A DNA stretch of 64,000 nucleotides, from IMG/VR virus record IMGVR_UViG_3300045988_147571; one strand, 5' to 3'. Of the stretch, positions 45,850 through 55,432 are shown piece after piece. The translations under genes and the position numbers were made by a program. Below the pieces are notes generated by a model. That model ran no database searches and was not told the DNA's origin. It saw only the letters and a program-made list of their open reading frames with translations. Source of the DNA: a virus. Each line of letters begins with the position of its first letter. Positions within the stretch are counted from its first letter, which is position 1.

Positions 45850-46900
45850 TATCTTTAAAAAAAGAATGGCCTTATGCGGTAATACAGTATCTGATAGTAT
45901 TCGTATTCAATCAGATGAAATCATGCAAAAGACATTCACAAATGATCTAGGATATAGACAATGTAAGCTATATTCTAGGACGATGGAATACTTAGAAGAT
46001 GTCGAAATTAAATATCAGTATTCTCAAGTCTACACAATCAATAAAGACCAGGTTGAGTATCTGGCTCAATTCAGACCTGGCTATTTTCCTGAAAAAAAAT
46101 ATATGGAACCTGATGGAATTGAACGTTTTGGTTTTTATATAGAAATACCTGATAAGAATACAGGTGTACATGAAATGTGGTTAATCTTAGGAAAGAATGA
46201 TAAGAACTCTTTTATAAGATATAACATTCTTAAATGTAATTGGATGTTTAAATGGGTAAAAAATAAACAGATTTATAGTTGTCTCGGTATAATAAGAAAC
46301 CGCAATAACTACAACAGTGGCGTATGGAGTGATGGATTCTTTACGTCCGTAGATAATCAATCACAGTTTATTATTCCTACTACCCCAATTACAGAAACAA
46401 TTGATTATAATGATCGTTTTATGCTAAGTGACTCTATGATTAGACCTTTAGTTTTTGAAGTATCAAAACTAGAAGATACTTTCCCATGTGGAGTAACTAA
46501 AGTAACGCTTAAACAGGATCATTTCAATAAAGTTACAGATAATGTTGAATTAAAAATATGTGACTATTATGACTCTCCGGTTATTCCTCAAGAGCCAGAA
46601 ATAGAGGACATTGTTTTATCATGTTCAGGTACTAATAGAGCTTTACGTGTTGGAGGCTCTAAAAGAACTATTTCAGTTGCGAGTGATATTAAAGATAAAT
46701 CTGTCATTTGGTCTTATGAGTTCAATGGAAACAAATTATCTGTAGAAGAATTATCTAATGACTTTGAAATCTCTGAAGGTAAGAATACGTTAAGTATCAA
46801 AGCTTTGTTAAATTATAATAATTTAGGAAAAGTAATAAAGATTATTGCTACTCTTCCAAATAAGCAACCATCTTCTATTGAATTGGAGGTGATGCGATGA
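45842..46900 (+). CDS. Hypothetical structural protein
   Basis: Track ORF from 45833; ATG 45842 follows AGGTGA. Confidence 0.6.
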   Translation: MSDIFKKRMALCGNTVSDSIRIQSDEIMQKTFTNDLGYRQCKLYSRTMEYLEDVEIKYQYSQVYTINKDQVEYLAQFRPGYFPEKKYMEPDGIERFGFYIEIPDKNTGVHEMWLILGKNDKNSFIRYNILKCNWMFKWVKNKQIYSCLGIIRNRNNYNSGVWSDGFFTSVDNQSQFIIPTTPITETIDYNDRFMLSDSMIRPLVFEVSKLEDTFPCGVTKVTLKQDHFNKVTDNVELKICDYYDSPVIPQEPEIEDIVLSCSGTNRALRVGGSKRTISVASDIKDKSVIWSYEFNGNKLSVEELSNDFEISEGKNTLSIKALLNYNNLGKVIKIIATLPNKQPSSIELEVMR

Positions 46901-47463
46901 ATCAAGAGCGTATTGATAGATTATTTTCTTGTAGAAATGAACAGGGATTTGACAGTATTTCTTATGATAAGAGAAAAATCTTAGAAGATTTATACAAAGA
47001 TTCAGATATTATTGAAATCTTAAATAATAAAGAACTTCAAGCAGTTAATGCGTGTCCGGAAGATTATTATAATGTAAATATTTATTCTTTTTTAAAGATT
47101 CCAGATGCACAAAGTAAAGTCAAAAACTTTATTTGCTTTGAAGTAAATGACACTGAAATTGTATACTCAAATAATATTATGGTTTCTAAACAAATTATTT
47201 TTAGAACTATAGCTCACCAGGATGATGTCAGTACTATTTGGGGTATTGATCGACAGGATTTACTAGCAGCTTTAGTTAAAGAAAGATTTCAATGGTCAAA
47301 CATATTAGGTACGCAGTTAATAAAAACATATGATTCTGGCAAAGTGGCTGAAAATGGTTATTACTATAGGAATATGTATTTTGAACAGACTGCTCCGAAT
47401 GATATTCAAAATAGGCTTAAGAGTAATCGCTTAGATAAGTTAGGTCGTGATTATTATGGATAA
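46897..47463 (+). CDS. Hypothetical structural protein
   Basis: ORF track. ATGA overlap. Confidence 0.6.
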   Translation: MNQERIDRLFSCRNEQGFDSISYDKRKILEDLYKDSDIIEILNNKELQAVNACPEDYYNVNIYSFLKIPDAQSKVKNFICFEVNDTEIVYSNNIMVSKQIIFRTIAHQDDVSTIWGIDRQDLLAALVKERFQWSNILGTQLIKTYDSGKVAENGYYYRNMYFEQTAPNDIQNRLKSNRLDKLGRDYYG

Positions 47464-48247
47464 ACTTCTCATTTATTTAGGTGAGAATCTTAAAATTAAT
47501 GATCAGATTACTATTTATCAACCTTCTATTCTTGATATAGCTAAATATGGAGAAAATCATTATTTTAATGTAGTTTATAAAATATGTTCTATACCTTCTG
47601 ATTATAAGTCTGAATTGTGGGATCTTGGTTATAACTATAGTAAGTTGGATGATTTTGATTTATTCATACTTCTTACTCGTGATATAGGTGTTGAAGATAC
47701 CTGTCTTCTTTTAGGTGATACTATTTCATTGAAAGATATGACACCTTTAGTCGATCCGGAAACTCATAATATAATGCTTTATGATGAAAATACTGAATTA
47801 ATAATTACTCGTGATATATACATAGAAATGATATCTTTCATTCGTGAAATGCACAATATTCATCCTAAGCGTGAACGAGCTGCAAACAAAGAAACCTTAC
47901 AGCTATTAGTAGATGAAGATAGAAGAAAAAAAATTCAAAGAGTAAAAGAAACTTCTCAAGAACCCTCTCCGGGTTCTTTTTTATTGCCTTTAATTTCATC
48001 TATGGTAAATAGTCCTGGTTTTAAATATGACATTAACAGTCTTAAAAGTCTTGGAATCTATGCATTTTTAGATTCTGTTCAAAGGATTCAGGCCATTAAT
48101 ACTGCTGCATCCATCTCTGCAGGAATGTACAGCGGAATGGTTGATATGTCTAAGAATCCAAATCTACTTAAACAATTAAATTGGTTGCGTGACTTATCTA
48201 ATGAGTACTCCTCTTCGAGCAATGTACGAGTCACTAAAACCGAATAA
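47447..48247 (+). CDS. Hypothetical structural protein
   Basis: ORF track. The start is ambiguous (47447 or 47456). Confidence 0.6.
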   Translation: MIIMDKLLIYLGENLKINDQITIYQPSILDIAKYGENHYFNVVYKICSIPSDYKSELWDLGYNYSKLDDFDLFILLTRDIGVEDTCLLLGDTISLKDMTPLVDPETHNIMLYDENTELIITRDIYIEMISFIREMHNIHPKRERAANKETLQLLVDEDRRKKIQRVKETSQEPSPGSFLLPLISSMVNSPGFKYDINSLKSLGIYAFLDSVQRIQAINTAASISAGMYSGMVDMSKNPNLLKQLNWLRDLSNEYSSSSNVRVTKTE

Positions 48248-48268
48248 TAAATCAAGGAGGAAAATATT

Positions 48269-49069
48269 ATGGCAAATTTTGATTCTCTGGTTATTGATAG
48301 AGTCTTAGAAATTGTTGGTGAAAATAGCGATGGAGAATTACTCTATCTGTTAAACAATTTATCTAATGTTTCTATTAATACAACTTCTGAAAGTAAAGAT
48401 AAAACAGACGCTCTTGGCGTATTAATTAAGAGATTTTATACTTCCAAATCTGTAGAAGTATCTGCTGATTGTAACTTACTTTCATTCTCTATGCTGTCTC
48501 AGACTTTTGGTACAGATAAGATTGTTGCTTCAAAAGAATCTAAGATTCTTGCACCAAAAATCTTACATATTGATACTACAGGTATTAAAGAGTATACAAT
48601 TCCTGAGAAGCTGAAACCGAAAGCTCCACTTACAAAGCTTTATGCTCTGGAAGCAAATGGTACTTTAGGAAAAGCATATAGCGCTTCTTCTACTGCTGCT
48701 CCATCTGCAACTGAATTTGTATATGCTGAAGACAGTGGAAAAATCACTCTTCCAACTGGAGTAACAGGTACTCTTATTGCTAAATACGAGTATGAAACAG
48801 AAAATGGTGTTAAGGTTACTAATGAGTCTGATAAGTTCCCAACAACCTCTTCTCTGACAATGAAAGTTCTTGTTGCAGATACTTGTTCTGTAGATACTGT
48901 ACGTGCAGCTTATATTGTATTCCCAAGTTTCCAGGTATCTCCAGATTGCGACTTAACACTGGAAACAGATAGTACAATTTCTTTCTCAGGTGTAGCTCAG
49001 AAAGATTATTGCCAGACTGGTGCTCCACTGTATTACATTGTAATGACAGAGGATGATGTAGAGGAATAA
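48269..49069 (+). CDS. Putative major tail protein
   Basis: Strong AAGGAGG SD, a strong terminator directly downstream, and a position upstream of the chaperones and tape measure gene. Confidence 0.45.
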   Translation: MANFDSLVIDRVLEIVGENSDGELLYLLNNLSNVSINTTSESKDKTDALGVLIKRFYTSKSVEVSADCNLLSFSMLSQTFGTDKIVASKESKILAPKILHIDTTGIKEYTIPEKLKPKAPLTKLYALEANGTLGKAYSASSTAAPSATEFVYAEDSGKITLPTGVTGTLIAKYEYETENGVKVTNESDKFPTTSSLTMKVLVADTCSVDTVRAAYIVFPSFQVSPDCDLTLETDSTISFSGVAQKDYCQTGAPLYYIVMTEDDVEE

Positions 49070-49082
49070 TCCTTGAATTGTT

Positions 49083-49110
49083 ATACCCCGGATTCGTCCG
49101 GGGTATTTTT
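49083..49110 (+). terminator. Rho-independent terminator
   Basis: ATACCCCGGA-TTCG-TCCGGGGTAT followed by TTTT. Confidence 0.85.
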
Positions 49111-49130
49111 AAGAAAAGGAGGAATACTCA

Positions 49131-49448
49131 ATGAAATCAAAACCAAGAATTTGTGTAACTTGCGGCACTACTTATGAGTATTGTCCTAAGTGTTCAAAAG
49201 ATGCTGATAAACCTGTTTGGATGGTAGCTTTTCATACAGAAGAATGCAGAAAAACATACAATGTTATTGCAAAGTATAACACTGCCGACATATCCAAAGA
49301 GGAAGCAAAAAAAGAATTAATTGGTATTGTTTCTCATAATGTAAAATTTACTGCTCCTATTCAGGAAAAGGTTGATGAAATTATGAAAGAAGAAACAATG
49401 CAAGAGAAACCTACCGTAAAACGTAGAAAAATAGTGACGGAAAATTAA
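49131..49448 (+). CDS. Small zinc-ribbon protein
   Basis: CVTCGTTYEYCPKC. AAAGGAGG SD. Confidence 0.6.
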   Translation: MKSKPRICVTCGTTYEYCPKCSKDADKPVWMVAFHTEECRKTYNVIAKYNTADISKEEAKKELIGIVSHNVKFTAPIQEKVDEIMKEETMQEKPTVKRRKIVTEN

Positions 49449-49458
49449 ATACTTTATT

Positions 49459-49502
49459 AAGGGGAAAGCCGCACTATTTTTGCAGTTTCCCCTTATTTTT
49501 TT
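49459..49502 (+). terminator. Rho-independent terminator
   Basis: AAGGGGAAA ... TTTCCCCTT followed by ATTTTTTT. Confidence 0.7.
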
Positions 49503-49513
49503 GGAGGAATTAA

Positions 49514-49723
49514 ATGGAGATTGTAATACCTAACTTAAAAGGAGTTCCTTATGATCCTGTTCAAGCCGTAAGAATTATTGATCCACATCAACAGAAACTC
49601 TATCTCAAGCATGGGGTAAAACCATTAGATGTTTATTATAGTCCAGATGTGATCGTAATGGTGTTTGATAAGAAAGAAAGTTATCCGTATTACAAAGAAT
49701 ATCAAAATCATACTTTGGAGTGA
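49514..49723 (+). CDS. Hypothetical small protein
   Basis: ORF track, GGAGGAA SD. Confidence 0.55.
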   Translation: MEIVIPNLKGVPYDPVQAVRIIDPHQQKLYLKHGVKPLDVYYSPDVIVMVFDKKESYPYYKEYQNHTLE

Positions 49724-49727
49724 TAAC

Positions 49728-50210
49728 GTGAGGAACTATAAAAAAAGATCTAAATACGGTGTTGATCAAACAACTAAAGGTAAACAGAATCGTACTATTG
49801 TAGATAGAAAAACAGAAAAAGAAGTATGTTTCGATTCTCTATTAGAGAAAAAGTTTTATGAAGACATCATATGTACTGGGTTAGATTCCGGTGAAATTAT
49901 AGATTATGAACTACAAAAGAAATACAAATTACAACCATCTTTTAAACATAATGGAAAGACTATACGAGCAATAGACTATGTAGCAGATTTTTGGGTTAAA
50001 TACTCAGATGACAGCGAAAAAGTATTTGATACAAAAGGTGGAATGGTTGATCCTTCTGCTAAGATCAAACGAAAATTAATGTATTATATCTATCCTGATT
50101 TAGATTACGTATGGATTACTCATACTAAATCCACTGGTTGGATTGATTGGGATGAAAATGAAGCTTTAAAAAGAGCAAGGAAGAAAGAGGGAAAAAAGGA
50201 TGGAAATTAA
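49728..50210 (+). CDS. DUF1064-like putative endonuclease
   Basis: GTG 49728 follows GGAGTG. FDSLLEKKFYEDI...GEIIDYELQKKYKL...IRAIDYVADFWV...VFDTKGG follows the DUF1064 pattern as I remember it. Confidence 0.45.
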   Translation: MRNYKKRSKYGVDQTTKGKQNRTIVDRKTEKEVCFDSLLEKKFYEDIICTGLDSGEIIDYELQKKYKLQPSFKHNGKTIRAIDYVADFWVKYSDDSEKVFDTKGGMVDPSAKIKRKLMYYIYPDLDYVWITHTKSTGWIDWDENEALKRARKKEGKKDGN

Positions 50211-50712
50211 TATTTTAGAATTTGTAAAAGAATATAAAGAAAACCCTATGGAAGCTTTAGGGAAACTTGAGGTTGAAAATTATGTGCCGTTTGCTACAAA
50301 AAGAGCACTTATAGATACAGTTATTGAAAGTATTCTCGAATACGATACTTCTCTTCTTACATACGAACCTATGAACAAACATTTAAACTTTGTTCTTTCC
50401 TGTGTAATCATTTATACGAATCTTGTTTATGAAGATGAAGAAGGACTTGATGCTTATGATGCATTAGTATCTTCTGGTCTTTTAGATAAAATTATTGAAA
50501 TGATTGGTGTAGATTACAGCGATATGGTCGCTATGTTCGAAGAAACACTCTCTGCCCGTATTTCATTTACTAATTCTATTTCTAATAGATTTAGTGCTTT
50601 TCTGGGTGTGCTAGAAAATGTTTTTAAAAATGCATCTCCAGAGCAGTTAGATTATTTACGAAAGTTGGCTGATACAGATGGGGACAATACCACAGCTAAG
50701 AGCGCTAATTAA
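50200..50712 (+). CDS. Putative tail assembly chaperone
   Basis: The call rests on its position directly upstream of the tape measure gene. Confidence 0.4.
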   Translation: MEINILEFVKEYKENPMEALGKLEVENYVPFATKRALIDTVIESILEYDTSLLTYEPMNKHLNFVLSCVIIYTNLVYEDEEGLDAYDALVSSGLLDKIIEMIGVDYSDMVAMFEETLSARISFTNSISNRFSAFLGVLENVFKNASPEQLDYLRKLADTDGDNTTAKSAN

Positions 50713-51142
50713 CGAAGGAATAACTATAGGCTTACAGCAGTTCGTTAATGAATATAAGCCTAAAATGGAACAAGATGCTCAGAAATCAGAAGAAAAATAT
50801 TACAATGACTATTCTTCCTGGGCTGACGGATATAGACATTTTGATTTAAAAAACATTCATACTATTACAGGTTTTGCTTTCAGTAGAAGCGCAGAGCTTA
50901 GGGCACGATTTGATTCAAGCAAAATGGCTGGAGGTCATGGAATCTGGAGACCTTTAAGTGATTATACTGCTGATCCAGAAACTGTTTTTTCATGGGGATT
51001 TGAAACAGGTAATCATGGATGGTATGTAGGAAAAACTCCTATTAGAACTTATTGGGAACAATATTTCCGAGCAAGAAAAACACAAGCCAAAGGGCAAGCT
51101 ACAAAATTTGTTATCAGCGGATTACATTCTGTTGGTTTATAA
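50678..51142 (+). CDS. Second chaperone-region ORF (no SD; +1 frame overlap with 50200..50712)
   Basis: ORF track. 35-nt overlap with the preceding gene. Confidence 0.4.
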   Translation: MGTIPQLRALINEGITIGLQQFVNEYKPKMEQDAQKSEEKYYNDYSSWADGYRHFDLKNIHTITGFAFSRSAELRARFDSSKMAGGHGIWRPLSDYTADPETVFSWGFETGNHGWYVGKTPIRTYWEQYFRARKTQAKGQATKFVISGLHSVGL

Positions 51143-51159
51143 AAGTGAGGTGAGAAAAA

Positions 51160-53694
51160 ATGGCTGATTATACAATACAAGTAGGCGTAGAAGTTGAAGA
51201 TAGTAAATTGGATGCGCTGGAAACACGAATTAATTCATTAAAAGATAAACATGTTAAACTCAATGTGGATTTTGGTAATAGTAAGCAGTTGGCTAGAAAC
51301 GCTCAGACAGCGGTAAAAACTATTAATAAAGCTACTGTAAAAGCTGCCAAAAACAGTCCTTCAATTAAGGGGGCCAATCTTGTAGAACAAATGGTTGATC
51401 CCGAAAAAGCTTTAAAAGCAATGTCTAGTACAGTTGGCAAGCTATCTAAATATCAGGGAAAACTTGATTTAGGAGAAGTAAGACTTTCAGTTAATCAAGG
51501 GATTATGGGAGAACTAGATGGTCTTCTTAGTAAATTAAATGAAATTAAAGCAACTGCTAAGAACATGGGATCCATCAAACTTACTGTTGGTGATAATATT
51601 AAAACACAAGACGGTAAAATAGTTGTTGGATCAAATAGCAGTGCCTCTACTGGTTCTGTCAGATCATCTGGACTAACACTTAGACAAGCGCAGGCCGAAA
51701 TCAAAAAAAATATGAAAACCATTGGTACTTTACAAGAACAGTATATCAATGGTCATGTTGATGAATCTACATATAGACAGTCAAAAAAAACTATAGGACA
51801 AAGAAATGCTTATTTAGCAAGAATGGTGCAAACTCAAGGTACTGCTTCTGACTGGGTTACTTCTGCTACTGATTTTAGAGAAGCTCAAGCCAAGAATCGA
51901 GCTGCCTATAGAGAGATGATGTCTAGTGCTGATGCCTATGATAAAGTAATTAGTGATTTGGGTGAAAAACAAAAAACATTTAATGAAGCTGCTCAAGTAT
52001 ATAATTCTAACAGTAGAAGTCCATTAAATAAGACTTTAGGACCCGGATATCAAGCAAGGCTTACAGCTTTTAATGATGTCTATGGTCAATTAAAAGAGTC
52101 ACATGATAAAATCTCCACGCTTACTGGAGATGAAAAAGATCTTGAAAAAGTACGTTTCAGCGCTCTTAAATCTGAAGCTAATCGTCAAGCCAGACAGCTT
52201 AATAATGTGAGTCAGTTTTTCTCAAAAACTCCAAATAAATATAGTAGATCTGAATTTGTAGGTACAGACTTAGATGTGACTTCTGATAAAGTTCAGAATA
52301 AAATGTCACAAATGGTTGATAATCTTGCTAATGGCAGTAGATATACTAAAGAATTTAATGCAGCACAAGGAAAAATGTATGCTACAATAGACAGAGGCTC
52401 TGGTGTATTTGAAAAATATCAGCTTGCATACAAAAATGGGCCAGGTAATATCGATCAGTCTCTTAGCAAAGTCACTCAGAGCGTAAAACCTCTTTCTAGT
52501 TACATTTCTGAAATGGGACAAAAGTTCCGTAGTCTTAGCCAGTATCTTATCAGTAATTTCGGATTCCAAGCTTTAACAACAGGTATCAGATCAGGTGTTA
52601 CATCTATAAAAGAATTAGATTCAGCAATGACTGAATTAAAGAAAACCTCTGAAGGTACAAAACAGGAATATAGAGACTTTACTACTCAAGCTAGGAGTGA
52701 CGCTAAAGATATCGGTAGTACGACTACTCAGATTACTAATAGTGCTGCTGATTTCTCACGTCTTGACTACACACTTGGCGAATCTCAAACTCTAGCTAAA
52801 AATACTGGTATATTAAAAAATGTATCAGAATTTGAGTCTATAGATGATGCAACAACTGCTATGATTTCTATGATGAAAGCATATGATGTAAAAGTTGATG
52901 ATTCTATGGATCTCATTGATAAAATGAATCTTATTGGTAACAACTATGCAATTTCTACAGATGGAATTGCTACCGCTTTACAAGATTCAGGTTCAGCATT
53001 GGTAGCAGCGGGAAACGACTTTGACAAGTCAGTTGCTCTTGTGACGGCTGCTAATAGTGTAGTACAGGACCCATCAAAGGTAGGCGCTGGTCTTAGAACA
53101 ATTGCTTTACGACTTAGAGGCACTTCTGCTGAAGAATTATCTTCTATGGGTGAAGATACAGAAGGTCTTGTAGAGACCACTTCTAAACTTAATTCAAATA
53201 TTAAATCTCTTACTGCCGTTAACGGTAAGGCTGGAGTTTCTATTCTTGATATGAATGGAAACTATAGAGATACTTATGATATTTTAAAAGATATCTCTCA
53301 GGTTTGGGATGATATTGGTAAGCAAGATTTGGCAGATGGTCAGAATAGACAGGCTGCTCTGCTTGAAATGATGGCAGGAAAAAATAGAAGTAATATTCTT
53401 GCATCCATATTACAGCATCCTGAATTACTTACAGATGTTTATAATGATTCCGCAAATAATTATCAAAATTCAGCTCAGAACGAGCTTAATACATACCTTG
53501 ATTCTATCGAAGCAAAAACAACTAAAATTAAAGAATCTTGGTCACAGTTATGGCAATCAGAAGGTAGTACTAATACTTTTAAAGGATTGCTTGATATTGG
53601 CAACGGCGCTGTAGGACTCTTAAATGGTTTAGGACTCAATAAAACCTTAGCCGGAGTCGGCGGTATGCTTGTTAGCCATGCTATGAACTGGGGT
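51160..53694 (+). CDS. Tape measure protein, exon 1 (845 aa)
   Basis: GTGAGGTGAG SD. Long coiled-coil sequence. The track ORF reads 27 nt into the intron. Confidence 0.7.
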
Positions 53695-54114
53695 GGGACA
53701 AATTATCAGTTGGTCCTTTAGAAAACGCCCCATGTAACCTGGTGGTGACACGGAACGATCTCATATGAGAAAGGGGTTACTAAGCAAACAACCGAAACTG
53801 TCTTTATTCGAAGGAATAGAGAAATGCTTTTAATTTGGCATTCAGGGTGAACCGAAGTATATACTACTCCCCTATTACAGTAATGTAATAGGTATAGTAA
53901 CAACGTATATATATGGGTAATCTGCAGCGAAGCTTCTTTATTTTATAGAGAAGAACGTTCATCGACTATAATGGGAACTTGGTCTCCGGATCAAGAAGGA
54001 ATAGTCAGGACTGTTAGGCAGCTTACGCCGAATAAATTAAAGGGTAAATACATCTTACTCTTGTAAGCAATCTTACCTTATGTGCAAAGGTGATGTAAGC
54101 ACAAAAGCAAGAGA

Positions 54115-54225
54115 TTACTCTCCTGCTTCTTTATGTTTAATATAATATGTACAATCTTCATTTTCAAAGTAAGGACATTCCTCTTCCTTACATTCTTTGT
54201 AGAGAGGACATTCTAATATTTCCAT
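54115..54225 (-). CDS. Unlisted 36-aa Cys-rich peptide (MEILECPLYKECKEEECPYFENEDCTYY...)
   Basis: ATG 54225 lies 9 nt after GGAGGT. It is the third gene of the antisense cassette. Confidence 0.4.
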   Translation of the reverse strand: MEILECPLYKECKEEECPYFENEDCTYYIKHKEAGE

Positions 54226-54300
54226 AATCTTTAAACCTCCATAGTATAGTTTTGTTGACTGTCTAAAAGAAATTATTGATTAATTTTCAGAATATAACCT

Positions 54301-54852
54301 TTAATGATTTAAAAAACATTGATCTAACTCTAATAATATTTTTTCCAAATCATCTATATTGATAATAAGAAAAAATTTTCCTTTATGATCTTCTCTAATA
54401 TCTTCGTCTTCAAATTGTATAGCTTTTATTTCAGTACTTGCGTTATGAGTTAATGGATGAATCATTAAACGATCATGGCAGACAGCATTCCTTAAATGTT
54501 TAATTACATTTCTTTCACAATTATTTTCTTTGTATGTGTTTTTATAGATCTCATTATACGTCTTATTAGTGAGTCTTTTTAATGTAGGCACATTCTGAAA
54601 ATTATCTTTTCTATTAGATAGATAATTAAAATATTTCTCTTTTGGAAAAACAAGTAACCCCAAAAAAGAATTTATTAATTGAGTGACCTCATAACATTTT
54701 TGATACTCAAATTCATTGGCAAACATAATTCTTTTTAAACAAGAAATCTCTTTATTTTTATTATGTCCAGCTAATTTTTGAATCATGAAATAATTCATTT
54801 GTGTCCTACAAATAAACTCTTTAACATAATCATCATCTTTAAAATTACTCAT
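54301..54852 (-). CDS. HEPN-domain protein (Rx4H motif)
   Basis: NVIKHLRNAVCHDRL contains R-N-A-V-C-H. EVTQLINSFLGLLVFPKE resembles stand-alone mobile-element HEPN families. Confidence 0.6.
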   Translation of the reverse strand: MSNFKDDDYVKEFICRTQMNYFMIQKLAGHNKNKEISCLKRIMFANEFEYQKCYEVTQLINSFLGLLVFPKEKYFNYLSNRKDNFQNVPTLKRLTNKTYNEIYKNTYKENNCERNVIKHLRNAVCHDRLMIHPLTHNASTEIKAIQFEDEDIREDHKGKFFLIINIDDLEKILLELDQCFLNH

Positions 54853-54858
54853 AAACTA

Positions 54859-55362
54859 TCACCAAGTATATCCACAAGAGTTACACTTAAAGCTCTTGTT
54901 AATCTTCTTACTGAATAATCCCAATATTCCTACTGATACCATACGTTCTCCTGTAGAGATTTTACGAATATTGGTGGAACCACATGTTGGACACTTAGGC
55001 CCAGTAGAGAATTTCTGAGCATTCTGTTTGGCATACCACTGGTCTGTTATCCTGTTTTGCTCTTCTATTCCTTCAGGAGATTCACTATATTTTCTTTTTT
55101 TAACGGCAGAGTAATCTACTTCATTGTCTAACTTTCCATAAAAATATTTTTGCCTAAATATCTCAGATGATTCCAAATGACTAGGACAATGACCATCATG
55201 AGTTTTCTCATATTCTTTTGATAGCTCCATATATGCTGTAGACCAATCAATGCCAGTACCTATATAAGTTCCAGTTTCACAGGTATAACATTTATCTCCT
55301 ATTTTATAAGAAGAAGATGTACTAGTCTTTCCACATTTATTACAAAATAATAATTCTTCCAT
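54859..55362 (-). CDS. Double zinc-ribbon protein
   Basis: N-terminal CNKCGK...CYTC and C-terminal CPTCGS...CNSCG. AAAGGAA SD. Confidence 0.6.
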   Translation of the reverse strand: MEELLFCNKCGKTSTSSSYKIGDKCYTCETGTYIGTGIDWSTAYMELSKEYEKTHDGHCPSHLESSEIFRQKYFYGKLDNEVDYSAVKKRKYSESPEGIEEQNRITDQWYAKQNAQKFSTGPKCPTCGSTNIRKISTGERMVSVGILGLFSKKINKSFKCNSCGYTW

Positions 55363-55403
55363 ATTGTTCCTTTTTATTATATATAGTAATTAAGATTAGC
55401 TAT

Positions 55404-55432
55404 ATTATATCACACAGTTTGGTTTTCGCCAA
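55404..55432 (-). promoter_or_regulatory. Antisense promoter straddling the 3-prime splice site (TTGGCG-17-TGaTATAAT)
   Basis: Minus sense reads TTGGCG aaaaccaaactgtgtga TATAAT. The -35 lies in exon 2 and the extended -10 in the intron. Confidence 0.5.

Larger units (their letters stand above)
53695..55421 (+). mobile_element. Group I intron in the tape measure gene with antisense cargo in the P9 loop
   Basis: P1 pairs exon UGGGGU (53689..53694) with GCCCCA (53727..53732). P10 pairs exon-2 GUUUUC (55422..55427) with GAAAAC (53721..53726). P7 is GACUA 53964 / UAGUC 54002. P8 is UUGGUC-UCCG-GAUCAA (53979..53994). P9-like closure pairs GACUGU 54009 with ACAGUU 55414. The terminal G is at 55421. 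Confidence 0.7.
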
